Assembly (NCBI GenBank): GCA_964596415.1
Contig: CAZQSX010000005.1
Location: 1 to 42,658, forward strand
Origin: an uncultured Gammaproteobacteria bacterium
Lineage (GTDB): Bacteria; Patescibacteriota; Microgenomatia; Levybacterales; GWA1-39-11
Reading direction: 5' to 3'
DNA length: 42,658 bases
The notes beneath the pieces were generated by a model. The model did no database searches and was not told the DNA's origin. It saw only the letters and a list, made by a program, of their open reading frames with translations. Made by a program: the position numbers and the translations under genes. Below, in pieces: positions 9,980 to 17,260 of the stretch. The number at the start of each line of letters is the position of its first letter. The stretch's first letter is position 1.

Positions 9980-10337
9980 ACATAGAACTCTTTTACAGTC
10001 ATTTAAATACGCAGTAGATGGCGTGAAGTTTGCAGTAAAAGATAATCAGAATCTTCGTATTCATTTAGTTGCCGCAATAATTGTTGTTATTTTAAGCATT
10101 TTTTACAAAGTGGGTGCGTATGAAATGGGAATTCTAGGAGTAATGATTTTACTTGTAATCTCAACAGAAATGATAAACACGTCTATTGAAGAAATGACGA
10201 ATCTTATTACAAAAGAACACAGGCAAGAAGCAAAGATTGCAAAAGATGTTGCAGCTGGTATGGTTCTTTTGACAAGTATTGGATCAGTTATAGTTGGAGT
10301 TTTAATTTTTCTTCCGTATATTCTTAAATCCCTTTAG
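9972..10337 (+). CDS. dgkA: diacylglycerol/undecaprenol kinase family protein
   Basis: 121 aa with 3 TM segments. EMINTSIEEM and AKDVAAGMVLL are typical of prokaryotic DgkA. Overlaps the upstream gene by 8 nt. Confidence 0.8.
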   Translation: MVEHRTLLQSFKYAVDGVKFAVKDNQNLRIHLVAAIIVVILSIFYKVGAYEMGILGVMILLVISTEMINTSIEEMTNLITKEHRQEAKIAKDVAAGMVLLTSIGSVIVGVLIFLPYILKSL

Positions 10338-10363
10338 TTTATTTGTAATTTTCCTTAATAATT

Positions 10364-10690
10364 TTATAGCATTTTTGATCCAGGTTTTACTTGTGTTTCA
10401 GGTTGAAGAAGTACTGGTTTATCATCATTCTGTGCAGCAAGAAGCATTCCTTGGCTTTCTATTCCCATGATCAAGCGTGGCTCTAAATTAATGATAAAAA
10501 GAGCTTGTTTTCCAATTAACTCATCTGGGGTAAAAAATTTCTGAATGCCTGATAAGATTTGCCGTTCTCCTATTTCTTCACCAAAGTCTACAATTTCTTT
10601 ATAGAGTTTTTCAGATCCATCAACTGGCTCAACGGATTTAAACGTGCCTATACGAATATCTAATTTTTGTAGATCATCTATTGTTGCCAT
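10364..10690 (-). CDS. csaA: tRNA-binding domain protein (CsaA/Trbp111-like)
   Basis: 108 aa. LDIRIGTFKSVEPV...SQGMLLAA is an EMAP/MetRS C-terminal-type OB fold. TGATAGAAT (minus strand) lies 9 nt before the ATG. Confidence 0.8.
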   Translation of the reverse strand: MATIDDLQKLDIRIGTFKSVEPVDGSEKLYKEIVDFGEEIGERQILSGIQKFFTPDELIGKQALFIINLEPRLIMGIESQGMLLAAQNDDKPVLLQPETQVKPGSKML

Positions 10691-10746
10691 TATGTTGTTA
10701 TTCTATCACATGAACTTCTTTTTTTGATATTTGCTATAATAACTAT

Positions 10747-11754
10747 ATGGAAATGGTTGAGCGTGATCTGAAAAGTTATTTTCTTAAAAATCAGATAATT
10801 GCTGCTCTTATTATTGTAGTTATTGGTTGGTTTTTAATTCAGATAAGGGAAATATTAGTTTTATTCTTTATTTCCTATATTCTTATGGCAGCACTTGCTC
10901 CATATGTTAGGATTCTTCAAAGACATAGGTTTCCACGTCCGATAGCTGCAGGAGTTGTTTATTCAATTACGTTACTCTTAATAGTTCTTCTTATTGGACC
11001 AATTATTCCATTTTTTGTATCTCAGATGCAATCATTGTTTAATAATTTGCCTCGTTTTATAGATAATGTTGCGCATATTTTTGGAATGTCTTTTCAGCAA
11101 TCATATTTTCAAGATTATGCAACTTCCCAGTTGGGAAATATTGGAATTGGTGCACTTGCGGTTACAACAACTGCGTTTTCAATTATTTTTGCGCTTGTTT
11201 TTGTATTTGTTCTTTCGTTTTACCTAACTATTGATCAGGCAAGAGTGAGACGTGAATTGATTGATTTTATTTCTGAAAGATACAAAAAGAAAACGGAAAA
11301 AACATTAGATTTAGCAGAAGATAAATTAGGTGCATGGTTTCGTGGACAGTTAACTCTAGGAGTTTTTATTGGATTTATCACATGGATAGTATTAACAATT
11401 ATTGGTCTTCCATTTGCGCTGCCGCTTGCGCTTCTCGCAGGAATACTTGAGATTATTCCTACTCTTGGTCCAATACTCTCATCAATTCCTGCGATTATTG
11501 TGGCGGTTACTATTTCGCCGCTTACTGCAATTATTGTAGTTATTGCATATATTGCTATACAAATGCTTGAGAATAATTTGCTTGTTCCCAAGGTTATGCA
11601 AAAAGCAGTTGGGTTAAATCCTATTGTAATTATTTTAGGAATCACCGTGGGGGCGAATTTATTAGGGGTGTTAGGTGCGCTTCTTTCAATCCCCTTTATT
11701 GCAATGGTTATGATTATTTTTAGAACCGTTACGGAAAAGACTCCTACCTCTTGA
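10747..11754 (+). CDS. AI-2E family transporter (PerM/UPF0118)
   Basis: 335 aa polytopic protein. C-terminal LLVPKVMQKAVGLNPIVIILG...LLSIP is typical of the family. TGCTATAAT (10732-10740) lies 6 nt before the ATG. Confidence 0.8.
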   Translation: MEMVERDLKSYFLKNQIIAALIIVVIGWFLIQIREILVLFFISYILMAALAPYVRILQRHRFPRPIAAGVVYSITLLLIVLLIGPIIPFFVSQMQSLFNNLPRFIDNVAHIFGMSFQQSYFQDYATSQLGNIGIGALAVTTTAFSIIFALVFVFVLSFYLTIDQARVRRELIDFISERYKKKTEKTLDLAEDKLGAWFRGQLTLGVFIGFITWIVLTIIGLPFALPLALLAGILEIIPTLGPILSSIPAIIVAVTISPLTAIIVVIAYIAIQMLENNLLVPKVMQKAVGLNPIVIILGITVGANLLGVLGALLSIPFIAMVMIIFRTVTEKTPTS

Positions 11755-11805
11755 TTCTTTTTGATACATTGTATATACTTCAGACGGAAATTAAAGATTG
11801 TTATT

Positions 11806-12096
11806 ATGGCAGGAAATTTTCTTACTATTGATAGAACTTCTCGCTCTGTTATTGTTAATGGTCGAAGGATTCGTTTATCCCCAAAAGAATACAGCCTACT
11901 TGAGTATTTCCTTCAGAATAAAAATAGTGTAGTAAAAAGAAAAAAACTTCTTGAGAATATTTGGAAATATGCACCAGATATTGATTCAAGAGTTGTAGAT
12001 GTATATGTTGGATATCTTCGGAAAAAGATTGAACAAGGACCCACAAAAAAAATTATTCACTCCGTAAGAGGTCTTGGCTACATGTTTAAAGATTAA
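11806..12096 (+). CDS. stand-alone OmpR/PhoB-type winged-helix DNA-binding protein (no receiver domain)
   Basis: 96 aa from ATG 11806. LSPKEYSLLEYFLQN, VDVYVGYLRKKI and IHSVRGLGYMF match the Trans_reg_C effector domain. The ORF track extends to TTG 11761. Confidence 0.75.
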   Translation: MAGNFLTIDRTSRSVIVNGRRIRLSPKEYSLLEYFLQNKNSVVKRKKLLENIWKYAPDIDSRVVDVYVGYLRKKIEQGPTKKIIHSVRGLGYMFKD

Positions 12097-12107
12097 CCCA
12101 CAAAAAA

Positions 12108-12136
12108 ACGAGCAAGTCATAGACTCGCTCGTTTTT
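12108..12136. terminator. bidirectional intrinsic terminator between convergent genes
   Basis: ACGAGC-A-AGTC / GACT-C-GCTCGT stem (12108-12132), flanked by A7 upstream and T5 downstream. Two more hairpins follow: GCGCAACTT/AAGTTGCGC at 12141-12159, and GCTTTTGC/GCAAAAG at 12160-12176. Confidence 0.7.
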
Positions 12137-12193
12137 GATTGCGCAACTTAAAGTTGCGCGCTTTTGCTTGCAAAAGTGCGAAACCAGAAAAAA

Positions 12194-12451
12194 TTACATT
12201 CCAGGTTGTGGTGTTTGTTCACCACCTGCTGGCTGTTCTCCTCCTTCAGCTGGTGCTTCAGGTGCTGGAGTTGGCATTCCTCCTCCCATGTCACCTCCTG
12301 CTGGATGTTCTTCTCCTGCTGGTGCTTCAGGTGCTGGTGTAGGTTCAGGAGTTGTAGGCTCTGCTGGAGGAGTTGATGGTTGACCCATTCCGCCTCCCAT
12401 ATCGCCACCGCCCATTCCTGGTTGTTGACCGTTATTATTCATTGGATCCAT
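12194..12451 (-). CDS. small Pro/Gly/Glu-rich low-complexity protein (85 aa)
   Basis: It has the best SD in the window: GGAGGTGA (12461-12468, minus strand) 9 nt before the ATG. A terminator follows the stop. Internal repeats GGDMGGGM and PAPEAPA. Five stop-free frames overlap here, and only this one has start signals. Confidence 0.65.
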   Translation of the reverse strand: MDPMNNNGQQPGMGGGDMGGGMGQPSTPPAEPTTPEPTPAPEAPAGEEHPAGGDMGGGMPTPAPEAPAEGGEQPAGGEQTPQPGM

Positions 12452-12639
12452 AATATATTTTCACCTCCAATCAAATTTTCGTCTTCACGAAAAAGGATAA
12501 AAAAATTTGATTGATCCTGAGACCCGAGGGTCGAAGAGCAATCATAATTTATTCATACCATTGTTGCATAATTTTAAAAATGAAGCAACCCTTTTTGTAT
12601 CAATAATTTAATATTCTTACGATTTGTTATACTTATAAA

Positions 12640-13827
12640 ATGAATCCTCAAGAAGATGTTACGCAAGCGCTAGAATCAATTGAGCAACCCAAAATACTAT
12701 CTACTCCCTTTTTTAAAAAGAGAAATTTTATTATTTTATTTATACTATTTTTAAGTTTAGTCACTATATTTGGAGTTTTTGTTATTATTCAAAATTCAAC
12801 TTCACCTAAAAAAATAATTACAACTATCACTCCAACTCCAGTTCAATATGCAGAAGCGCAAAAGACCTGGCAAGTTAATATTTTATACTCCCCTTCATCA
12901 GAATCTTTTTTTCTTCAAGAACTTTCACTGAATGAACAAGGATTTAAGCAGAATTATACTGATGTCAATTCTCCTTATATTTTTACTGTTTATGATAGGG
13001 ATGAAAAAATTCTTTATTTTGCAAACGTGCCAATTGCTACAAGTATAGTTATCCCAGATGAATTTATTGATACCCCATTTGAAGACTCATTAAAAACTAA
13101 ACAGCTTGAGAGTTCATTTCAAATTCCTTATTTTGAAAAAGGCGTTACGTTTAAAATCTTTCGTAATGACACTGTTTTAATTCAAGGTGAATTTCCAGAA
13201 AGTGAAATAAGTTCAATACAGGAAGAAAATGAAAATCAGCTAAGTACTAAAATTGCGCAAAGTGAAACTCTGTGGTCACTTTCTGCAACATCTATTTGTG
13301 AAGACGGGAAGGTATTTATTAAATATGATTTTAACACTACAACTCCTGCTGTTATTTTTACACAAGATGTAGAGGATAAAAATGATCCTGCACAAGTGAC
13401 TATTTATGGCTCCATGGATGATAACAGTTGGGAGTCTGGAGGCGCACCATTAAAGCTAACGGGGGGTAGAGGTAGCTACGTGGCAAAAGCAAATTTAATC
13501 AACTGGGATCCTGTCAAATCAAATTATCAGCTTAGTTACAATGGTCCAGTAGGTTTTTTAAAAGGCAGAACGTATCTTGGAACAATTCAAACATCTGGGG
13601 ATTGGACAGATGAATGTGTGGATGTGGGATGCGTAGATGGTAATCCGCCAGAGAGCGGTTATGCAGAAACAACCGTTACGACAATGTCCGTGGCAGAGTG
13701 TCCTGATAAGGATGTAACTTCTGATCCTATTGAAGAAGGAGAAGCGCCGAATCAAATTTGTAAGCCTGATGCGCTTTGTTCAAGTGGCTCAAGCACACTT
13801 CAAATCTGCACATTCACCTGTGAATAA
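12640..13827 (+). CDS. hypothetical membrane-anchored exported protein with a Cys-rich C-terminus
   Basis: 395 aa with one N-terminal TM helix. TGTTATACT (12625-12633) lies 6 nt before the ATG. No family recognised. Confidence 0.6.
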   Translation: MNPQEDVTQALESIEQPKILSTPFFKKRNFIILFILFLSLVTIFGVFVIIQNSTSPKKIITTITPTPVQYAEAQKTWQVNILYSPSSESFFLQELSLNEQGFKQNYTDVNSPYIFTVYDRDEKILYFANVPIATSIVIPDEFIDTPFEDSLKTKQLESSFQIPYFEKGVTFKIFRNDTVLIQGEFPESEISSIQEENENQLSTKIAQSETLWSLSATSICEDGKVFIKYDFNTTTPAVIFTQDVEDKNDPAQVTIYGSMDDNSWESGGAPLKLTGGRGSYVAKANLINWDPVKSNYQLSYNGPVGFLKGRTYLGTIQTSGDWTDECVDVGCVDGNPPESGYAETTVTTMSVAECPDKDVTSDPIEEGEAPNQICKPDALCSSGSSTLQICTFTCE

Positions 13828-13830
13828 GTG

Positions 13831-13855
13831 CTGCTGTGCAGGGATTCGAATCCCA
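13831..13855 (-). other. tRNA-like T-arm plus 3' acceptor strand fragment (no cognate 5' half adjacent)
   Basis: Minus strand reads TGGGA-TTCGAAT-CCCTG-CACAGCA-G. The T stem matches that of the neighbouring tRNA-Gln except for G53 to A, which gives an A:C mismatch. Confidence 0.5.
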
Positions 13856-13922
13856 AACGGGCGGTGCTCGTCCCGCCAAGTCGGGACTGCGCGCCTAAAA
13901 CTGATCCAGATTAGGGGTTTTG

Positions 13923-13993
13923 CTGGGAGTCAGGGATTTGAACCCCAATAAACAGGTCCAGAACCTGTTGTCCTACCATTAGACGAACTCCCA
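13923..13993 (-). tRNA. tRNA-Gln (anticodon CUG), no encoded CCA
   Basis: Folded by hand: TGGGAGT TC GTC TAATGGTAG GAC A ACAGG TTCTGGA CCTGT TTAT TGGGG TTCAAAT CCCTG ACTCCCA G. All stems pair, U1-A72 and G73. Confidence 0.85.
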
Positions 13994-14042
13994 GCAAAAC
14001 CACTAAATTATCTTGTTGTCCTACTTTTGAGCTTGCGAAAAA

Positions 14043-14130
14043 GCAAGCTCGGCTTACCATGAGACGACACAGCATCGTTTGTTGTAATTAGTCTCATGGC
14101 AAGCTCGGCTTACCATGAGACGACACAGCA
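14043..14130. repeat. two perfect 32-nt direct repeats (14043-14074 and 14099-14130), 56-nt period
   Basis: GCAAGCTCGGCTTACCATGAGACGACACAGCA occurs twice. On the minus strand each copy starts TGCTGTG-TC-GTC-TCATGGTA, which resembles a tRNA 5' acceptor strand plus D arm. Confidence 0.9.
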
Positions 14131-14207
14131 ATGGTGTAGGTATTTTACTAAATACAAGACATATATTCCACTTGACGATGATATTTTAAGTTATATAAAC
14201 TATTAAC

Positions 14208-14417
14208 ATGAAAGAATTTTCTAAGTTTCTTTCCGGTCTTATTCTTGGAGATTTTCTAGTTGGTCTTTGGCTTTCAACTGCAGGTGACTTGCCTATGTCA
14301 TTTTTAGGTTTTCGTATTTCAGTGAGTTTTATACCTTTTTGGCTAGGATTTGATGCGGTGCTTTTTGCATTCTTGGTATGGTACGGTTGGGGGAGAAGAA
14401 AAAAGAAAAAAAAGTAA
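14208..14417 (+). CDS. small two-TM membrane protein with a poly-Lys tail
   Basis: 69 aa. TTGACG (14172-14177), 16-nt spacer, TATAAA (14194-14199), 8 nt before the ATG. Ends GRRKKKKK. Confidence 0.5.
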   Translation: MKEFSKFLSGLILGDFLVGLWLSTAGDLPMSFLGFRISVSFIPFWLGFDAVLFAFLVWYGWGRRKKKKK

Positions 14418-14455
14418 CTTGCCTTTCTTAGAAAATCGTATTAAAATCATTCACA

Positions 14456-15052
14456 GTGAATAAAAAGTTTATCATAGGACTTGTGGTAGTTGGCGTAGTA
14501 CTTGCTGGGGCATTCTTCTTTTTAATTCCTAAATCCTCTCAGCTTTCAGATAATGGAGATTCTACAACTGGAAAAGATCAAGACGCCATGGAGGTTGCTG
14601 ATTTGTTTACAAAAGCATTTACCGGAAATGAATCAATCAAGTGTACGTTTAGCGACAATGGTTCTACCGGAACTGCATACATAAAGCAAGGAAAAATCCG
14701 TTTTGATTCTGCAGGTGTTGATGGTGCGCAGTATGGAAATGCAATCGTAAATGGAAGTGTGGTTTATGTATGGCAAACAGGAAATAATGAAGGAATTATG
14801 ATAGATACTTCAAAATATCAATCCGCGAACGGAGGGCTACCAGATCAGGTTATGGACGCGGAAAAAATTAAACAAGAAGTTGAGAAAAATAAACCAAATT
14901 GTGTTAAGGAAAATATAGATGATAGTGTGTTTACTCCGCCATCAACTGTGAAATTTACAGATTATTCCTCTTTTATGAATCAACAAACTCAACCAACAGG
15001 CGCTATGACTCAAGAGCAGTTAGAAAACCTCATGCAGCAGTACCAACAGTAG
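14456..15052 (+). CDS. hypothetical exported protein (N-terminal anchor)
   Basis: 198 aa with a GTG start. TAAAAT (14442-14447) lies 8 nt upstream. No family recognised. Confidence 0.55.
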   Translation: MNKKFIIGLVVVGVVLAGAFFFLIPKSSQLSDNGDSTTGKDQDAMEVADLFTKAFTGNESIKCTFSDNGSTGTAYIKQGKIRFDSAGVDGAQYGNAIVNGSVVYVWQTGNNEGIMIDTSKYQSANGGLPDQVMDAEKIKQEVEKNKPNCVKENIDDSVFTPPSTVKFTDYSSFMNQQTQPTGAMTQEQLENLMQQYQQ

Positions 15053-15658
15053 TCATGCTGGGATAGCAATTTCTGCTGCAGTTTTCCAGAAAAAAAACGT
15101 TCTCAGTTTTGCCGGGTCTTTCATAATATGAAGAATAGGATTTGTATTTTCTTGTGCAACTTTTAATGTCTCTTTCCAAAGCTCCCTGAGTCTCATACTA
15201 GTTTCAGTAAGTGTTTCAGGAGGTGCCATCAATCCATTTCTGGTAAACCTAAAATCCAAATAATTCCCATCAGTATCCTGAAGTGTAACGGTTGCATATT
15301 TATGAATTGCACCCATGGTAATAAGTGAAAAACGCAGTGCCTCTAATTCTTCGTCATCTGTTACGGTAGGTCCACCATCCACTGCCTGTGCAATTCTAAG
15401 ATCTCCAGGTGTTGCAAGACCAAGCCTGTCTACCTCACCCGGGTTATTAGCTAGCCCAGTTCTCGCGTTATGGATAAATGCTAAGCTATTCCCTAATATT
15501 CTGCTTGTTACTTCAGGGCTGCTTGGTCTTCCCTGAAAATAGTTGGTTAATACCTGGGAAGTTGATTGAGCGATTCCATACACAGCTAAATCAGGATTAG
15601 AGTATGTTATTTCTGGTTGAAGACCGCTTGGGAGCGGATGATATTCTGGGTGTGCCAT
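15053..15658 (-). CDS. hypothetical protein (201 aa), visibly more GC-rich than its surroundings
   Basis: ORF 15053..15682 (TTG). ATG 15658 is preferred because a consensus promoter lies 11 nt upstream. No family recognised. Confidence 0.6.
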   Translation of the reverse strand: MAHPEYHPLPSGLQPEITYSNPDLAVYGIAQSTSQVLTNYFQGRPSSPEVTSRILGNSLAFIHNARTGLANNPGEVDRLGLATPGDLRIAQAVDGGPTVTDDEELEALRFSLITMGAIHKYATVTLQDTDGNYLDFRFTRNGLMAPPETLTETSMRLRELWKETLKVAQENTNPILHIMKDPAKLRTFFFWKTAAEIAIPA

Positions 15659-15669
15659 ATGATGTTTAG

Positions 15670-15698
15670 ATTCTAAAATCAATCAAAACTATTGTCAA
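15670..15698 (-). promoter_or_regulatory. sigma70-like promoter TTGACA-17-TAGAAT for the 15053..15658 gene
   Basis: On the minus strand, TTGACA is at 15698-15693, then a 17-nt spacer, then TAGAAT at 15675-15670. Confidence 0.65.
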
Positions 15699-15718
15699 TA
15701 CTCTATTTAAAATAGAAT

Positions 15719-15746
15719 TTGCAAATTATTTTTGGAGTATTATAAT
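15719..15746 (+). promoter_or_regulatory. sigma70-like promoter TTGCAA-16-TATAAT for the 15753..16082 gene
   Basis: TTGCAA at 15719-15724, TATAAT at 15741-15746, ATG at 15753 (6-nt gap). Confidence 0.65.
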
Positions 15747-15752
15747 TTCCCT

Positions 15753-16082
15753 ATGGCGATACGCGTAGAACTATTTGTTCCTGAAACAAAAGACTGGTGT
15801 GAGGTAGAAATGGTTCGTGAAAACAGGTTATATAAAATGAGTCATTACCCACCTGTTTTAAAAGGTGAACATCCAGATTATCTGGTAGAATTTAGAGCTC
15901 TTGTTGAGGACGGGGCAAATAAGATTAAAAGATATGAGCGGTTAGATCCTCGGATTTCTGGACCGGTAAATGTTAGAACTTGTGAAGAAAAAGTATTGCA
16001 TGCTGAAAATAGACCATACTTTGCCCTTATCAGAAGTGAAAGATACGGAAGAAGAAGGTTGTATAAATTTTCAGCGGCATAA
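15753..16082 (+). CDS. hypothetical protein (109 aa)
   Basis: ORF 15732..16082 (TTG). ATG 15753 is preferred on promoter geometry. No family recognised. Confidence 0.55.
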   Translation: MAIRVELFVPETKDWCEVEMVRENRLYKMSHYPPVLKGEHPDYLVEFRALVEDGANKIKRYERLDPRISGPVNVRTCEEKVLHAENRPYFALIRSERYGRRRLYKFSAA

Positions 16083-16135
16083 CCCGGTCTTAAAACCTTC
16101 GCAATCGAGTATAATAAGGAGTAAAATACCAACAT

Positions 16136-16816
16136 ATGGATAAAAAACTTTATAAACTATCACCTTCCGACTTTGGGTACTTATGGGTTGAGTGTAAGCA
16201 TTGCTATTACCAAAAAGTAAAAAACGGAATTTATGCTCCCGGAATTTTTCCTTCTATGTTTGGCAGAATTAACAAACTCTTGCAGGATTCTATCATGGGG
16301 AAAAACCTCAATGAGATTCACCCCAGTCTTCCATCTGGCATTATAGAGATTCAGGAAGGGTTTTTAAAATCAATCCCAGTTCCTGGTGCTACCTCTTGTT
16401 TTATCCAGGGAAGATTTGATATTTTGACTAAATTAGATGATGGATCTTATACCATCATAGATTTTAAAATAACATCTCCAGATGATGATAGAATTCAAAA
16501 ATATGCTTCACAGCTGCACGCATATAAATTTGCATTAGAAAATCCACATTCCGGCGAACCCGTTAAAATTTCAAAAATGGGAATCGTAAGTGTTAACCCA
16601 GAAGAGATGAAGCTTGTGAATGGAAAAATTGAATTTACCGCTGTTCCCAGATTTCATGAGGTTGTAGAGGATATGGATAGTTTTTTTGCGCTTATTAAAG
16701 ATGTGGAAAATGTGCTCCTTGGTGAGCTGCCCTCTCCAGTTGAAGCGTGTGGATTATGTAAGTACAGATCTTATTTTAGTACTACTGTACCAAAAATTGA
16801 TGATATACCTTTTTAA
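16136..16816 (+). CDS. PD-(D/E)XK nuclease, Cas4/RecB-like with Cys pairs at both ends
   Basis: 226 aa. GRFD, IIDFK ((D/E)xK) and QLHAYKFAL (QxxxY), with an N-terminal CKHC and a C-terminal CGLC. Confidence 0.6.
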   Translation: MDKKLYKLSPSDFGYLWVECKHCYYQKVKNGIYAPGIFPSMFGRINKLLQDSIMGKNLNEIHPSLPSGIIEIQEGFLKSIPVPGATSCFIQGRFDILTKLDDGSYTIIDFKITSPDDDRIQKYASQLHAYKFALENPHSGEPVKISKMGIVSVNPEEMKLVNGKIEFTAVPRFHEVVEDMDSFFALIKDVENVLLGELPSPVEACGLCKYRSYFSTTVPKIDDIPF

Positions 16817-16822
16817 AGCTAA

Positions 16823-17260
16823 TTATCGTACGTAGAGATAGATATTATTCTTCATTTTTTTATATTTCCAATTCGGAAATTTGTAATAGTTTGTGAGTAC
16901 TTTTATTTTTGGCTTGAGTTCAGTGAGTAGTTTTATTTCAAGCAAATCCATAATATCTGGCATAGGATAGATACAGACAATATCAAAGCTGTTTAAGTTT
17001 ACATTCCAAAAATTTTTCTTTTGAATAGTAATATTATTTTCAAGAGATAAGCTATCTATTAACTTTTCTGATTTTTCTATGAACCCATCATCCAGTTCAA
17101 ATCCGGTGACTTGTGCTCCTTTTTGCCCAAACGCAATAGAAATTCTTCCGTCTCCTGATCCCAGATCAGCAACTCGATCATTTTTATTTACTTGGGAGAG
17201 TTCAATCATAGTTGAAACTTTATATCTTGAGGTTTCAAAGTAGGGGATACGCGTAATCAT
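16823..17260 (-). CDS. small class I SAM-dependent methyltransferase
   Basis: 145 aa with motif I VADLGSGDGRISIAF. Its ATG shares one base with the topoisomerase stop (TAATG at 17262-17258). Confidence 0.7.
   Translation of the reverse strand: MITRIPYFETSRYKVSTMIELSQVNKNDRVADLGSGDGRISIAFGQKGAQVTGFELDDGFIEKSEKLIDSLSLENNITIQKKNFWNVNLNSFDIVCIYPMPDIMDLLEIKLLTELKPKIKVLTNYYKFPNWKYKKMKNNIYLYVR

Noticed and set aside
11235-11645. 136-aa minus-strand ORF inside the AI-2E transporter gene
   Set aside because: It is an antisense shadow ORF. The plus-strand product has clear family features over the same span. The same reasoning applies to 5532..5807, 6763..7059, 23785..24105, 25294..25557 and the other short internal ORFs in the track.
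12135-12408. Four other ORFs (67-86 aa) overlapping the mini-protein locus on both strands
   Set aside because: They arise because the GC-rich repeat lacks stop codons in every frame. None has an SD or promoter-proximal start, and the plus-strand ones begin inside the terminator hairpins.
13730-13951. 73-aa plus-strand ORF spanning the tRNA-like fragment and tRNA-Gln
   Set aside because: It runs antisense through the tRNA gene and overlaps the end of the upstream CDS in another frame.
14043-14130. Possible CRISPR array (32-nt repeat seen twice)
   Set aside because: There are only two copies. The 24-nt spacer is too short and is itself complementary to part of the repeat. There are no cas genes nearby, and the repeat looks like a tRNA 5' half.
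13831-14130. tmRNA (tRNA-like ends enclosing about 300 nt)
   Set aside because: The acceptor pair would be U1-A72 with C3-G70 and G73, not the G3:U70 / A73 alanine identity set. A complete tRNA-Gln sits inside, and I see no tag-peptide reading frame ending in a stop or any pseudoknot pattern.
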